A stretch of 29,697 bases of DNA from Candidatus Bathyarchaeota archaeon (GCA_963777155.1 CAVZPM010000025.1:1-29697); one strand, 5' to 3'; numbered from the stretch's first letter, positions 1 through 10,374 are shown. The notes: generated by a model from the letters alone, not told the origin. A program made the numbers and translations.

Positions 1-627
1 ATCGACGGCAAACCTGACACAGTTGTGATTTTGGGTCCCAATCACACGGGGTATGGTAGCGCTTTGGCGCTTATGCGTGAAGGCTTCTGGCGTACACCGC
101 TTGGGGATATAGAATTGGATTCTCGGTTGGCTGACACGATACTGCATGAAACAAGCATAGTTGATGTTGATGAAACTGCCCACCGTTACGAGCATTCAAT
201 TGAGGTGCAATTGCCTTTTCTCCAGTTTCTCTACGGGAATGCTTTCAAAATCGTGCCAATCTGTTTCTTAATGCAGGATTACGATTCAGCAGTGGAAGTT
301 GGTCGGGCCCTAGTGGAAGCCTTAGATGCAAAGAACGCTTTGGTCATCGCTTCCTCTGACATGACACATTACGAACCCTCAAAAACGGCAGCTGCCAAAG
401 ATCAAGCCGCTCTCAAAGCCATCACAGATATGGACGCCAAACGCTTCTACCAAACTGTGGAAACCCAAAACATCACTGCCTGTGGCTATGCACCAATCAC
501 TAGCCTGATCACTTACTCGGTGGGTGTTTGTGCCAAAGCCCAACTGCTTAGTTACCATAACAGCGGCGACGTAACAGGCGACCACTCAAGCGTCGTCGGG
601 TATGCAGCTGTAAAATTCAGCAAATGA
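1..627 (+). CDS. MEMO1-family / AmmeMemoRadiSam system protein B, 5'-truncated by the window edge
   Basis: Frame 1 is open from base 1 (IDGKPDTVVILGPNH). Contains the MEMO1 motifs GPNHTG, EHSIEVQLPFLQ, ASSDMTHY, CG and VVGYA. Confidence 0.93.
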   Translation: MDGKPDTVVILGPNHTGYGSALALMREGFWRTPLGDIELDSRLADTILHETSIVDVDETAHRYEHSIEVQLPFLQFLYGNAFKIVPICFLMQDYDSAVEVGRALVEALDAKNALVIASSDMTHYEPSKTAAAKDQAALKAITDMDAKRFYQTVETQNITACGYAPITSLITYSVGVCAKAQLLSYHNSGDVTGDHSSVVGYAAVKFSK

Positions 628-658
628 ACGCTTGAAAAAGAAACTAGAGACGCCAAGT

Positions 659-1429
659 TTAGTATTCTTTTAGTAACTTGTCGAAAAACTCTTTGGTTTT
701 AACGATATCTTCCATGGATGTTTTATGTTCCAACTCCAACGTTATGGGTCCCCCATAATTATGCTCATGTAGCGCTGAGAGGAAATGAATTAACTCAGGC
801 TTTCTCTCAATGAATGGCTGATGGAACTTGTTTGCCATATGCACATTACAAATACGTCGGCCATACATATCGAGTAATTCATCAACCACTTTAGTTTCTA
901 GTGCATGGCATAAATCAAACGTTATCCCCATCTCGCCCTCAGGATCGATAACGCCAAGCACTTCTTCAAGTTGGTCAACGTTCTTGCCAAACCCAGTCGA
1001 ATTAAACGACAAATTCTCCAAAGACAATTTGATGCCGAGTCGTTTTGCAAACGGCTTAATTTCCTCGTTAAAAATTTCGTTCAAACAACTTTTCTTAACA
1101 TTTTGGGGTAACTTCTTTGAAACGTTCGAATGTACCGTCACAAGTGGTACACCTAACGCTCTAGCGCATTCAAGGGAGATTTTACCGTAATAAATTGCTT
1201 GATGAACCTCTACTGGATCTTTAATGTGGAGAACTGCAGAGTGCAGGGTCAGACATTTAAGTCCAGAAGCAACGTACGCTTTCTGCTCCCGATAAACATC
1301 CGTATCGTGTTCTTTCTTTATAGACTTCATGTTAAACTCAATGCACCCAAAGCCTAGTCGTTTGATGGTGTCAAAATTGTTTTGAATGTCTAGTTTGCTG
1401 AAAATCCCGTTGGATAGACTCAACTTCAT
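659..1429 (-). CDS. Xylose isomerase-like TIM barrel protein (AP endonuclease 2 / sugar phosphate isomerase-epimerase family)
   Basis: Metal-ligand motif series LHS, VTVHS, LSLENL, TFDLCHA, NVH and ITLE typical of this fold. Confidence 0.8.
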   Translation of the reverse strand: MKLSLSNGIFSKLDIQNNFDTIKRLGFGCIEFNMKSIKKEHDTDVYREQKAYVASGLKCLTLHSAVLHIKDPVEVHQAIYYGKISLECARALGVPLVTVHSNVSKKLPQNVKKSCLNEIFNEEIKPFAKRLGIKLSLENLSFNSTGFGKNVDQLEEVLGVIDPEGEMGITFDLCHALETKVVDELLDMYGRRICNVHMANKFHQPFIERKPELIHFLSALHEHNYGGPITLELEHKTSMEDIVKTKEFFDKLLKEY

Positions 1430-1534
1430 TCTATAGCCTCAGTTTGGTTTCCCTTTAACTGTAAGTGCTTCTTTCTTTAATTGCTGTTTTGTTACATAAA
1501 GTTAAACTTCCACATTTTTCCTATAGTCTTCAAG

Positions 1535-1835
1535 GTGCCAAAAGTGGAAGTTAAAGTCCGCTTCTTTACTAACCTCCGTGAAATCGTTGATAAAAGAGAG
1601 GAAACTCTAACTTTTGCCGATGATGTAAATGTCACAGTGGGTCATAGTTCTAACAACTCTCTCGAAAAAATATGGGTCTCCTTTTGTTGAATACGTTTAC
1701 AATAAGACGGGGCAGCCAAAAAGTTTCCTTCAGTTTCTTGTTAATGGAACAAGCACAACGACGCTCAACGGGTTAGAAACAGAGCTCAAGGACGGAGCAG
1801 TTTTGGCTGTTCTTCCGCCTGTTGGCGGCGGATAA
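1535..1835 (+). CDS. Ubiquitin-like MoaD/ThiS/SAMP family protein, with a +1 frameshift near 1642
   Basis: N-terminal half VKVRFFTNLREIV (frame of ORF 1481) joins the C-terminal half LVNG...LKDGAVLAVLPPVGGG (frame of ORF 1629) if one base is removed near 1640-1644. Ends in a di-glycine. Confidence 0.88.
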
Positions 1836-1876
1836 AAATGAATTGAAAGCTCGTTTAATGTGGATTTGGACCAGAG

Positions 1877-2203
1877 TTATTTTTTGCGATTGTTACATTG
1901 TAGAACTTTGGGGCAAATCAAACATTCGTCACTGGTTCCTGGTGGTGTGTTTAGTAGTCCGCTGAAATGTGCGCATTTGGCCGGTGAATCAAGAACCATG
2001 GGGTACTCAGTTGCTCTAACACCTACAATCTTATCTTTTGCTGTGTCCAACTCTAAGCGTGACATACAGAATGGACAAGCGAAATGCGTTTGTCGGGGCA
2101 TTACAGAGTCATCAGTAATCATTGTTGGTCTATCAAAGTGCTTCTCGCATCCTTTGTAGGGACACTGAAGCTTGTCGGATTCGTGAGTGTGGAAAAAGCG
2201 CAT
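1877..2203 (-). CDS. Cys-rich multi-zinc-finger hypothetical protein (108 aa)
   Basis: ATG at 2203 is preceded by the SD-like GAGGAG. Motifs CPYKGC, CPFC, CAH and CLICPKVLQC. Confidence 0.72.
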   Translation of the reverse strand: MRFFHTHESDKLQCPYKGCEKHFDRPTMITDDSVMPRQTHFACPFCMSRLELDTAKDKIVGVRATEYPMVLDSPAKCAHFSGLLNTPPGTSDECLICPKVLQCNNRKK

Positions 2204-2569
2204 ACTCCTCAGCCTTGAGGCATTGGTGTCGCAACATTTAATAAATGTATCCACAAAACTCCCAAACAACAATACTGAACAACACAACGACACAATCAAG
2301 AAATAATCTGTTTATGCAGCTGTTAAGTATTGTTAATCATATAATTATGCGCTTACGCAAGTTTACGGAATTGCTGTGAACATATATTGAATTATTCATA
2401 ACTTTTATGAACAAATCTCAATTAAGCTTTTATTGGTCCAACATTTAAAAAATATCAAAAAACGATTTGATATAAATGGAACGAATAATATTATCAAAAA
2501 AAGAGTATCCAGCAAAAGAAATTGTTTACTTCCCACACGTGTAGGGCTAAAATTTTCTGAAAAAATTTA

Positions 2570-2643
2570 AGCCTCGAGCGGGCTTTGCTCCCGCGGCCTG
2601 CTGCTTACGAGGCAGCCGCTCCACTGGGCTGAGCTATCGAGGC
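2570..2643 (-). tRNA. tRNA-Thr(CGT) with non-canonical D- and T-loops
   Basis: Cloverleaf: acceptor stem GCCTCGA/TCGAGGC, D-stem GCTC/GAGC, anticodon arm GCTGC-CTCGTAA-GCAGC, T-arm GCGGG-AGCAAAG-CCCGC, discriminator U73. No encoded CCA. Confidence 0.9.
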
Positions 2644-2740
2644 ACCATAGACGCTAACAACACGAAACCAATTTTTAAAGTTTCACAAACCCCAACCTTA
2701 AAAGCAATAAACAACCCATAAAAAATAGAGCACACCACAA

Positions 2741-3754
2741 ATGAACCACAACAACCCTCCAACAGCAAAAACTCTCGGTGAACACAGAATAATCGAAATC
2801 ATCCAAAGCCACCTACGCAAGATGCCTCGGATGCCTATCCCCTTTGGAGACGACGTTTCCGCAGTGAACCTCTCAGAAAAACAAGTTGCCGTCCTCAAAA
2901 CCGATATGTTAGTGGGCAAAACAGATGTACCTAAAGAAATGAGCCTCTTTCAAGCAGCAAGAAAAGCCATAGTCATGAATATTAGCGACTTTGCCTCAAA
3001 AGGCGTTCAACCCATCGCTGCGCTTGTCGCATTAGGTTTGCCAACAAACTTCTCCAAAAAAGACATCGAAGAAATCGCTGAAGGTCTCAATTCCGGCGCA
3101 CAAGAATACAACGCTTACGTCATTGGGGGCGATACAGGTGAAGCCTCAGACTTGATTATCTCCATCACATTATTTGGAACGGCTCAGAAGCATGCCCTGA
3201 TGCTGCGTAGCGGCGCCAAAGCCAGGGACATTTTAGCTGTTACGGGTTTTTTTGGTAAATCCTCAGCTGGTTTACGTTTACTCTTAGACAAAGTTTGCTC
3301 TGCGGAGCCGATTTTGCGCAAGGCACTTCTGGAGTCGGTTTTGATACCCAAAGCCAGACTTAATGAGGGATTAGCGCTTAGTGGCTCAGGGAAGGTTTCA
3401 GCTTCTATCGATTCCAGCGACGGCTTAGCGTGGAGTGTGCACGAGCTTGGGCGGTTAAGCAACGTCGGTTTCGCCATTGATGTTGTTCCTGTATCAGATG
3501 AGGTTAAAGAGTTCGCTAAGCAAAATGGGTTTGACGCTTCAGAGTTGGCGCTTTATGGCGGCGAAGAATACGAGTTAGTCTTAACTGTTAATCCTGATGG
3601 CTGGGCTGATGCTGTTGCGGCGGTTGAAGCTGTTGGAGGGCAATTATTACCAATCGGAAAAGCCACTAAAGAACGCAAAATAGTTCTAAGTGTTGAGGGC
3701 GAGAAACGTGCAGTTGAAGCTCGTGGCTGGGAGCATTTTAAGAGCCACGTTTAG
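2741..3754 (+). CDS. thiL: Thiamine-monophosphate kinase
   Basis: Motifs GEHRII, GDD, KTDMLV, NISDFASKG, IGGDT, IDSSDGL, GGEEYELV and C-terminal GWEHF. Confidence 0.95.
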   Translation: MNHNNPPTAKTLGEHRIIEIIQSHLRKMPRMPIPFGDDVSAVNLSEKQVAVLKTDMLVGKTDVPKEMSLFQAARKAIVMNISDFASKGVQPIAALVALGLPTNFSKKDIEEIAEGLNSGAQEYNAYVIGGDTGEASDLIISITLFGTAQKHALMLRSGAKARDILAVTGFFGKSSAGLRLLLDKVCSAEPILRKALLESVLIPKARLNEGLALSGSGKVSASIDSSDGLAWSVHELGRLSNVGFAIDVVPVSDEVKEFAKQNGFDASELALYGGEEYELVLTVNPDGWADAVAAVEAVGGQLLPIGKATKERKIVLSVEGEKRAVEARGWEHFKSHV

Positions 3755-4316
3755 CTTGCCGATCTAAGGTGTAGTTGATTATGGTTACGCAAGAAGCTGC
3801 GAGGTAAGGGGTTTTTCCAAGGCTGATTTTTTCCCCAAACCGCTTGGAAAAAAGTTCGGCTTTTTTTGGTAAGCCAACGTGGTCGCCCAGAACAAAGAGG
3901 CTGTTCTCAGATAACTCAATTTGGTCTATGTTCTTGCCGTCTTCTTCTAGTACGTATACTTTTTGGGTTTGAGCTTTGGCTTTTAGTAGCGCCTCGAAGC
4001 TTGTTTTGTCTTTGGTTATGCCTGGGTGTGGTTTGCCTTGTAGGGTTTTCTTTAGGATTCCTTGCCATGTGTCCATGTCGGTGCGTACATCGTAGAGGGT
4101 GCTGCCGTCTATTTGAATGTGCACAGGCGGGTTTGGCGGGCCGTTTAAGATGGCATGGAATGTTACGTCCCTGCGCAAGCCATGCGAAAGAAACAGGCTG
4201 CTAACGATGCATTCATGGACTATGTCGAGTCTTCCTGCGTCGTGAAGGCTGTGGAAGTTTGAGTCGGTTTGTCCTATACGTGAGAAAAGTATGAATTCGC
4301 GTGGCAAAGGAGTCAC
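3738..4316 (-). CDS. trmY: tRNA (pseudouridine54-N1)-methyltransferase, SPOUT family
   Basis: REFILFS, GRLDIVHECIVSSLFLSHGLRRDV, GPPNPP, FVLGDHVG and ISLG match TrmY. Confidence 0.9.
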   Translation of the reverse strand: MTPLPREFILFSRIGQTDSNFHSLHDAGRLDIVHECIVSSLFLSHGLRRDVTFHAILNGPPNPPVHIQIDGSTLYDVRTDMDTWQGILKKTLQGKPHPGITKDKTSFEALLKAKAQTQKVYVLEEDGKNIDQIELSENSLFVLGDHVGLPKKAELFSKRFGEKISLGKTPYLAASCVTIINYTLDRQAKRGS

Positions 4317-4554
4317 TGCATACTGCTATGCATATGTTGCTTTAAAGCACTTTCTCGCACTCAATAGCGCTATTTTTCTTCTATAACTTCTTATTTTTTT
4401 GGATTAACAACCTTAGCGTTAAACAAAAGGCTTTGTCTCTCATGGCGACCTAACCCGTCAATAAACAGAATCAAGCACTGGTTACCCAAAAATTTGGTGA
4501 TGGGTAGCTAAGGTTTTTATGGTTCTTGCGAAATTATGTTCACTGCAATACGGC

Positions 4555-4632
4555 GGGGCCATCGGCTAGCTTGGTCTAGGCTTGTAGACTTGGGCTCTAT
4601 AGACTCCGGTTCAAATCCGGGTGGCCCCACCA
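4555..4632 (+). tRNA. tRNA-Pro(TGG) with encoded CCA
   Basis: Acceptor stem GGGGCCA/TGGCCCC, anticodon arm GTAGA-CTTGGGC-TCTAT, T-arm TCCGG-TTCAAAT-CCGGG, 3' ACCA. Confidence 0.95.
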
Positions 4633-4761
4633 TTAACTTTTCCTACATTTTCAAAGTTCCTTTTTTCCTTTCCAGAAAATCTCCATCCTTAATCATGCCT
4701 GACAACGCGATTAATTTTTATGTATAGTTGTTGTAGTGATTGGCTTACTTTGGTGTTCCAT

Positions 4762-6616
4762 TTGGCGTTTAAGCGAATCTTGCTTGTTAAGCCTTCAGGA
4801 AGGAAAGGTTTGAGTTTTTCTTTCGATTTGATACCTATTGGTTTAGAGTATATTGCTGCTTACATTAAAGACACTGTGGATCAAGTTCAATATCGTTGAT
4901 ATGGAACTGGATAACAGAAAATTTCAAGAGATAATTAACTTCTACAACCCAGACCTTATTGGCATCACTTTATCTGCCACTGAACATAACCAGGGTCTTC
5001 GTCTTGCCAAGATTGCTAAGAAAAACAATTTACCTACCGTAGTGGGTGGTTATCATCCGACAAGTGTTCCAGACTTGATGCTTTCCCATCCTCAAATCGA
5101 CATGGTTATTCGTGGAGAAGGCGAGGCTACAATGAAAGAGCTTGTAGCGACGGATACTTTTGAGAATGTTCAAGGGCTTTCTTACAAGAAGAATGGAAAA
5201 ATAATTCATAATGGAGAAAGAAAACCAATCGATAACATAGATACTCTTCCTTTTCCCGCTCGATACTTGAGGCAATACTCCTACAAAAGCCAAGATAGAG
5301 TCACAGATTGCGATGTGATAACAATGTTTAGGGGATGCAATGGACTTTGCAGCTTTTGCTGCGAGCCAAGCATGAGCCGAGGTTGTCTGAGAAGTAGGTC
5401 ATCAGAGAACGTTATGAAAGAGATTCTGGAGATGTCAGAATTCCATAATAGAAAGCCTGTAAACGTGATGTTCGCCGACCCAAACTTCATGGGTAACCCA
5501 AAACAAGTCGACCGTCTTTGCGACTTATTGATGGAATATGATTTAGACATGGAATTTTGTGCTCTAGTTAGAGCAGATGCGATGGCAATGCACCCACGAA
5601 TCGTAAAGAAGATGTGCCAAGTAGGCATCCGCAGGTTTGAAATGGGTATTGAAAGCCCATACATTAAAGACTTGAAGTCAACCAAAAAAGGAACAACCAA
5701 CAAAGTCCATATAGAAGCGGTTAGAAACATACGTGAAAACGGCGGCAGAGCTGGAGGAACCTTCGTCATTGGTTTACCTGAACAAACCGAAGAGGAAATC
5801 AAGACTTTTCCGACTTACGCAAAAGACATTGGTCTAACGGGAGCAGCCTTCGGCATTGCAACCCCTTTTCCCGGCACAGACTTCTACAAAGAGACAAGTG
5901 AACAAGGATTAATCTTTGAAACCAACTGGGATGCTTTTGACGAAATGCACTCGGTGTACACTACCAAGTACCTGACAAAAGAGAAAATCGAAGAAATGGC
6001 TACTTATTGTATGGCCAAATTCTGGAATATGGACACCTTCATTGATCATGAAAAGATTTCGCAAACACGAACTAAACAAAAAAAGACCATATTTGATTTT
6101 GCCCAAGAAAGAATGCTGAATCTTGGTTTCATGACTAATAACGGAACAGAATTGCAAAAAGGTAATTTTGAAAAACACATAAAAACATTTCTTGAGGCTT
6201 ACATAGATCCTCGAGTGGAAGTCTACACCCGAAAAGTCGGAGTCCATGAAGTGTTAGAGATGACAAGGTTCCTCAGAATACTAGGTCCGCAAAAAATTCA
6301 ATGTACGCTAAGCTTAGACGACATTCGTGCTAGTTTTATTTTTAAGACAACTAAAACAACCGTTGAGTACATACGTATCATCAGAGGAAGACAAACTGAT
6401 GCTACAATAGCTCTTGATGTAGACCTAAAGTGGCTAAGTGAACCTGCTAATTCACATATTATTCAGAGATTTGCTTTGGTGTTCTCACATAATATGACTC
6501 CAAAGAAACTTTGGAACACGTTTAGACTTTTTTCCGCAATTGCAACAGATGCCTTAGCGTGGAATCTACAGAAACTTAAATCTCGATCTGGTGGGTTAAT
6601 TAAGGCTTTCGAATAG
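4762..6616 (+). CDS. B12-binding domain radical SAM protein with C-terminal extension, +1 frameshift near 4888
   Basis: TTG 4762 gives LAFKRILLVKP...PIGLEYIAAY (B12-binding N-terminus) and joins ORF 4853 after removing one base. Motifs GGYHPT, RGEGE, RGCNGLCSFC (CxxxCxxC), MGIES and TPFPGT. Confidence 0.9.
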
Positions 6617-7294
6617 GATTCTTTTCAGAATAGTTGCCCCATGTTTCATTTTCAATTTCTTTTCGCCTAATCGTTCACGGTATTCGATTGGGACTTCAAT
6701 TGTCTCAAATCCTTGTTTGCCTACTTGATGATTCAATTCTACTTCTATATCAAAGCCTTTCGATTTAATAACCCATTTCCGGAGTATATCTGCGCGAAGA
6801 ACTCGCAATCCTGTTAATGGATCTTGCAGATTTATTCCATTAAAAAAGCCGTGAGCAAAAGCCAATAGTTTATTTCCGAAAGTGAATCGACCTTGGAAAG
6901 CGTTTCCTTCTGTTTGTTTGCTAAACCTGTTCCCGCAAACCATCCCTACCTTCGGATTATTCTCTAGAATCTGAATCATTTCCGGAACATATTCGGCTGG
7001 ATAGGTAAAGTCAGCATCTGTGATGACCACGTACTCAACATCCGCAGCCATATACTGAATAGCTTTAGCCAAAGCATCTCCTTTACCTTTGCCATCTTGG
7101 AAAAAGATTTCTGCTCCATGATCTTTTGCGACTTCAACTGTCCGATCTTCGCTGTGTCCGTCAACTACTAGAATACGTTTTGCATCTATATTCTCCGAAA
7201 GCTCGGAAATGGTTGCGCCTATACCTTCTTCTTCATTGAGTGCGGCAATAAATATGTTAGTAGGTTGCGTTGGTTGATATCTTTGACCAAACAT
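6596..7294 (-). CDS. Glycosyltransferase family 2 (DPM1-like)
   Basis: ALNEE, VVDGHSEDRT, GKGDA, DAD (DxD), GNRF, DPLTG, GFDIEVE and EVPIEYRER. Confidence 0.93.
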   Translation of the reverse strand: MFGQRYQPTQPTNIFIAALNEEEGIGATISELSENIDAKRILVVDGHSEDRTVEVAKDHGAEIFFQDGKGKGDALAKAIQYMAADVEYVVITDADFTYPAEYVPEMIQILENNPKVGMVCGNRFSKQTEGNAFQGRFTFGNKLLAFAHGFFNGINLQDPLTGLRVLRADILRKWVIKSKGFDIEVELNHQVGKQGFETIEVPIEYRERLGEKKLKMKHGATILKRILFESLN

Positions 7295-7911
7295 TTTTTG
7301 GTACTCCTTGTTTTTTTGATTGGTTCATTTTTTTCGAGACGTTCAAGGCGTTATGTTTTGATCAAGAAAAGGAATTATGATGAACGGTTCATTCGCGTTC
7401 TGTTCTTGATTCCAAGTTGACAAATTAAAGAAAGCCTTTCCTTTCTCTTAATGGGAGAGAAGCGCTAACAAACTATTAAACGAATGTTGTTGCAAGACAC
7501 CACCAACAACGCTACTAATGCGTGCCTTTATGTATTATAGACATTTAATAATGAACGAATTACGTTTTTAGGACTTTTTGTTTGGAAGGTTACCTTTTCT
7601 GTCTGTCCATGATAAGCACCATCCAATAAGAAACGTTAAAGCGAGAAAAGGCAACATGAAAATTATCTGAACTCTGTTCTGTTTTGACATATTTCTCCCA
7701 GCCACAATTACCATCTAATCTCGAAATAAGACTTTTTGAGAAGTGTGCTTCGCTGATTTGTCAATTCCTCTTGTTTTCATTAAATAAATACAAATTTTGC
7801 TTTAATCTCTCAACTGATACAACTTCAGTTATCTTTGACATATGATTGAAAATAAGTGATTTGGACTTAAAAGATTAAGAAAATGGAAACAGAAAAAGTT
7901 GGTCTATTGAT

Positions 7912-8145
7912 TTATTTTACAGCTTCAACTTTCTGTATTTCTGGAACTCTTTCCTTGATGAGGGCTTCAACCCCATTTTTAAGGGTCATCGCTGACATTG
8001 GGCAGCCAGCGCAGTGTCCAGTTAAGCGGACTTTGACGGTTTGTTTTTCAACAGCTACAAGTTCGACGTCTCCGCCGTCAAGCTGGATTTGGGGTCTTAT
8101 TTCGTCGAGTGCGTTTTGTACTCTTTTTTGGATTGATTCAGTCAT
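7912..8145 (-). CDS. NifU-like (Nfu) Fe-S cluster carrier domain protein
   Basis: IRPQIQLDGGDVELV, GHCAGCPMSAMTLKNGVE (CxxC). Confidence 0.93.
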   Translation of the reverse strand: MTESIQKRVQNALDEIRPQIQLDGGDVELVAVEKQTVKVRLTGHCAGCPMSAMTLKNGVEALIKERVPEIQKVEAVK

Positions 8146-8512
8146 GTAACTTCACTTGTAACATCTTTGAAAAGAATAAATGGTTATAAAAGATTCCTAT
8201 TAATTTGGGGTTTCTACTCTTTTAGTTTGGGAAGCAATTTTGTTGCCCATTCGGTTTTTGTATTGTAGATGTTTCTTAGTTTTGGAGTGGAAGTTGAAGT
8301 CAATTTAACTTGTGCTAACATTCGACTTTTGGATTTGCTGATCGCGCTTGTCCGTTTTGGCTTGTTCCTCACTATTTTATAATTTTCCGGGTTCATATTC
8401 GATCTCTGCTATTCAAGCTTCAATCCTGACATATAGGAGTTTGCCCTTTTCTTTACACTTTTAGTTTTGTCCAGATAGGTTTCGGATAGAAAAATTTAAT
8501 CTAAGCAAGATT

Positions 8513-8946
8513 TTAGTGACGACTTTGCTTTTCCACTACCTCAATGTGCTTTGATAGAACCACTGGATTCCCATTGACTTCCATTCGGTAATCGGTGTTC
8601 AGTGAAGTCTCCGTATATGCGCATGAATTCAACCCCATTTTTTTCCACCCAATATTCTTCACCCATCAACTTTATGATATTATTTCTTATACTCCCAAGT
8701 TCGACGCCTTTGTTATCATAAAACGTGAATTCGTTTCGCAATGAAACCATTTTTCCTTCAAGACGCATTAGCTCTTGGCCTTGATTATCTCAATGACAAA
8801 TTGGGTGGGACCTGAAGAAAGTTGGCGTCGGTTGAGCCCAATTGTGACCCACTCAAATCTTCGAAATCATAGTGCTCTCTAATGGAGAGTATTTTCTTTT
8901 TCATCACTAAATCGTTGATTTCTAAAAGGAGATTTAGGTTGCTCAT
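8513..8946 (-). pseudogene. Degraded LURP-one-related / scramblase-like (Tubby C-like) gene
   Basis: ATG 8946 gives MSNLNLLLEINDLVMKKKILSIREHYDFED. Segments QGQELMRLEGKMVSLRNEFTFYD..G.ELGSI and GDFTEH/DYRMEVNGNPV lie in different frames. Several indels, and the expected C-terminus is missing. Confidence 0.6.
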
Positions 8947-9106
8947 TTTTCTCAAATAGAACAATGAGGTTCGTTAACTAATACTTTTCAAAATGGAGAA
9001 ATAAATTTGGGTTCTAACATATCAAACCTCACCAAAATCCAGCATCAACCTGCGGAAGATTTAAGCCTTCATCTCTATTTACTCATAAAAATAGGGCAAG
9101 GTTTGC

Positions 9107-9346
9107 ATGGTTCATAGAAGAGTTCGAGGCGGGAAATTCAAAATTAAGCACGTTGAGAAGCGTAGCCCAGTCGAATTAGGAGACGAATTAGAAGTAAACA
9201 TCACAGACACCTGCCCAAATGGAGATGGCATGTCTAAAATTCAGGGATTCATTATACAGGTCCCTAAGGCTAAACCTAGAGAACGCGTTAAAGTTAAAAT
9301 TAACCATGTGGGCAAAAAAGTGGCAACCGGCGAAATAGTCAAGTAA
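9107..9346 (+). CDS. Single TRAM-domain RNA-binding protein
   Basis: PVELGDELEVNITD...GDGMSKIQGFIIQVP.AKP.ERVKVKI is typical of archaeal TRAM proteins. Confidence 0.88.
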   Translation: MVHRRVRGGKFKIKHVEKRSPVELGDELEVNITDTCPNGDGMSKIQGFIIQVPKAKPRERVKVKINHVGKKVATGEIVK

Positions 9347-9367
9347 CCACCCCAAAGCGCGATGCGA

Positions 9368-9589
9368 TTATGTGGGCGGCTGTCTAATCCACACTTTTAC
9401 AATACTCTGCACTCGTATCCGTCCCTCAGACTGCATCAGCCGAATTTGAGTCTCAACGAACCTATCGTCGCTACAGCGGAACTCTTTTTTGATTACATGT
9501 TCCAGTTTGGGCAAGTTAATGTGTTCTGCTGAACCTACAATATTCCAAAAATAAACCTGTACACTCTGCCTTCTTTTTCGCGCTTCCAA
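9368..9589 (-). CDS. Small hypothetical protein, possibly winged-helix-like
   Basis: 73-aa ORF with a helix-helix-helix then beta-hairpin pattern (QIRLMQSEGRIRV..KVWI). Start codon uncertain. Confidence 0.5.
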   Translation of the reverse strand: MEARKRRQSVQVYFWNIVGSAEHINLPKLEHVIKKEFRCSDDRFVETQIRLMQSEGRIRVQSIVKVWIRQPPT

Positions 9590-9614
9590 ATCAAAATCTT
9601 TAGCCCATCAACGG

Positions 9615-9734
9615 TTACCTTGCACAGTAAGGGTCTTCGTTTTTTGCTTTATGATGGCGTACGCATTCTTGGCAGTCACCATGACGTGCGCAATCTTTTT
9701 TGGGGCAGGGACAATTAGGCGCTCTAGTTGACAT
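9615..9734 (-). CDS. 39-aa Cys/His-rich microprotein (DUF6485-like), not in the ORF track
   Basis: Manual translation: MSTRAPNCPCPKKDCARHGDCQECVRHHKAKNEDPYCAR*, pattern CxCx4CxRHGxCxxCxxHH...PYC. Confidence 0.8.
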   Translation of the reverse strand: MSTRAPNCPCPKKDCARHGDCQECVRHHKAKNEDPYCAR

Positions 9735-9843
9735 AACCAACAATAACTTCCATACAATATAATTATTGCCAACCAAATATGACTAAACTCACCGTCAGCC
9801 TAATTAGCAACTGCAAACATCCTGCCAGAACAAGGTAAGAACC

Positions 9844-10249
9844 ATGATAACCGCACCCTTAGCAAGCACAATAATCGCCATAGGCTTAATTCCAGTCGCA
9901 TTCCTCTTTGTCCATGCTTTCCTAAGCGGTAGAGGAAAAAACCGCATCCACCCCGTCACGGGCGCACTAGCTATTACATGGGACCTTAGTAATGTCCATC
10001 GGCTATATGCTGCTTCGCACAGTAACCATAACATTAACTCCAATTCTGACGGTTTATTTTGGAATACACGGAGCAATCGCGGTCTTAGTGATGTCTTTAG
10101 AAATTGCGGTTCTCGCTCTTGGAATTTTACAGTTGAGACAAAAAGTGTCAAACAAATGGCACTCCAAACTTGCCAAAATTCTCTTCCCGATATGGTGGTT
10201 TGCTTTCCTCTCAGGAGAAATAGTCTACTTATTGATGTATATTCTGTAA
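9844..10249 (+). CDS. Four-TM membrane protein, DUF420-like, +1 frameshift near 9991
   Basis: ORF 9844 (to ...AITWDLS) joins ORF 9992 (MSIGYM...) on removing one A. Four hydrophobic segments with His near helix starts (RIHP, GIHG, KWHS). Confidence 0.7.
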
Positions 10250-10374
10250 TAAGCTAGAAGTCACCAAAACAGACCTACCTCTATAATTTTCTGAATAGAT
10301 CTACTAAGCTTCCAAATAAACTCGATGTTGGTGAATACGACTGGCAACAACTAATTGGAAAAAGAAAGGAGGAT

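Noticed and set aside
4536-4727. 63-aa plus-strand ORF
   Set aside because: It overlaps tRNA-Pro and is a shadow ORF.
4633-7900. Possible integrated island after tRNA-Pro (radical SAM plus GT2)
   Set aside because: No integrase and no duplicated tRNA 3' end (att site) was found by eye.
8214-8396. 60-aa basic ORF upstream of nifU
   Set aside because: No motif or convincing SD. It could be real but cannot be supported from the sequence alone.
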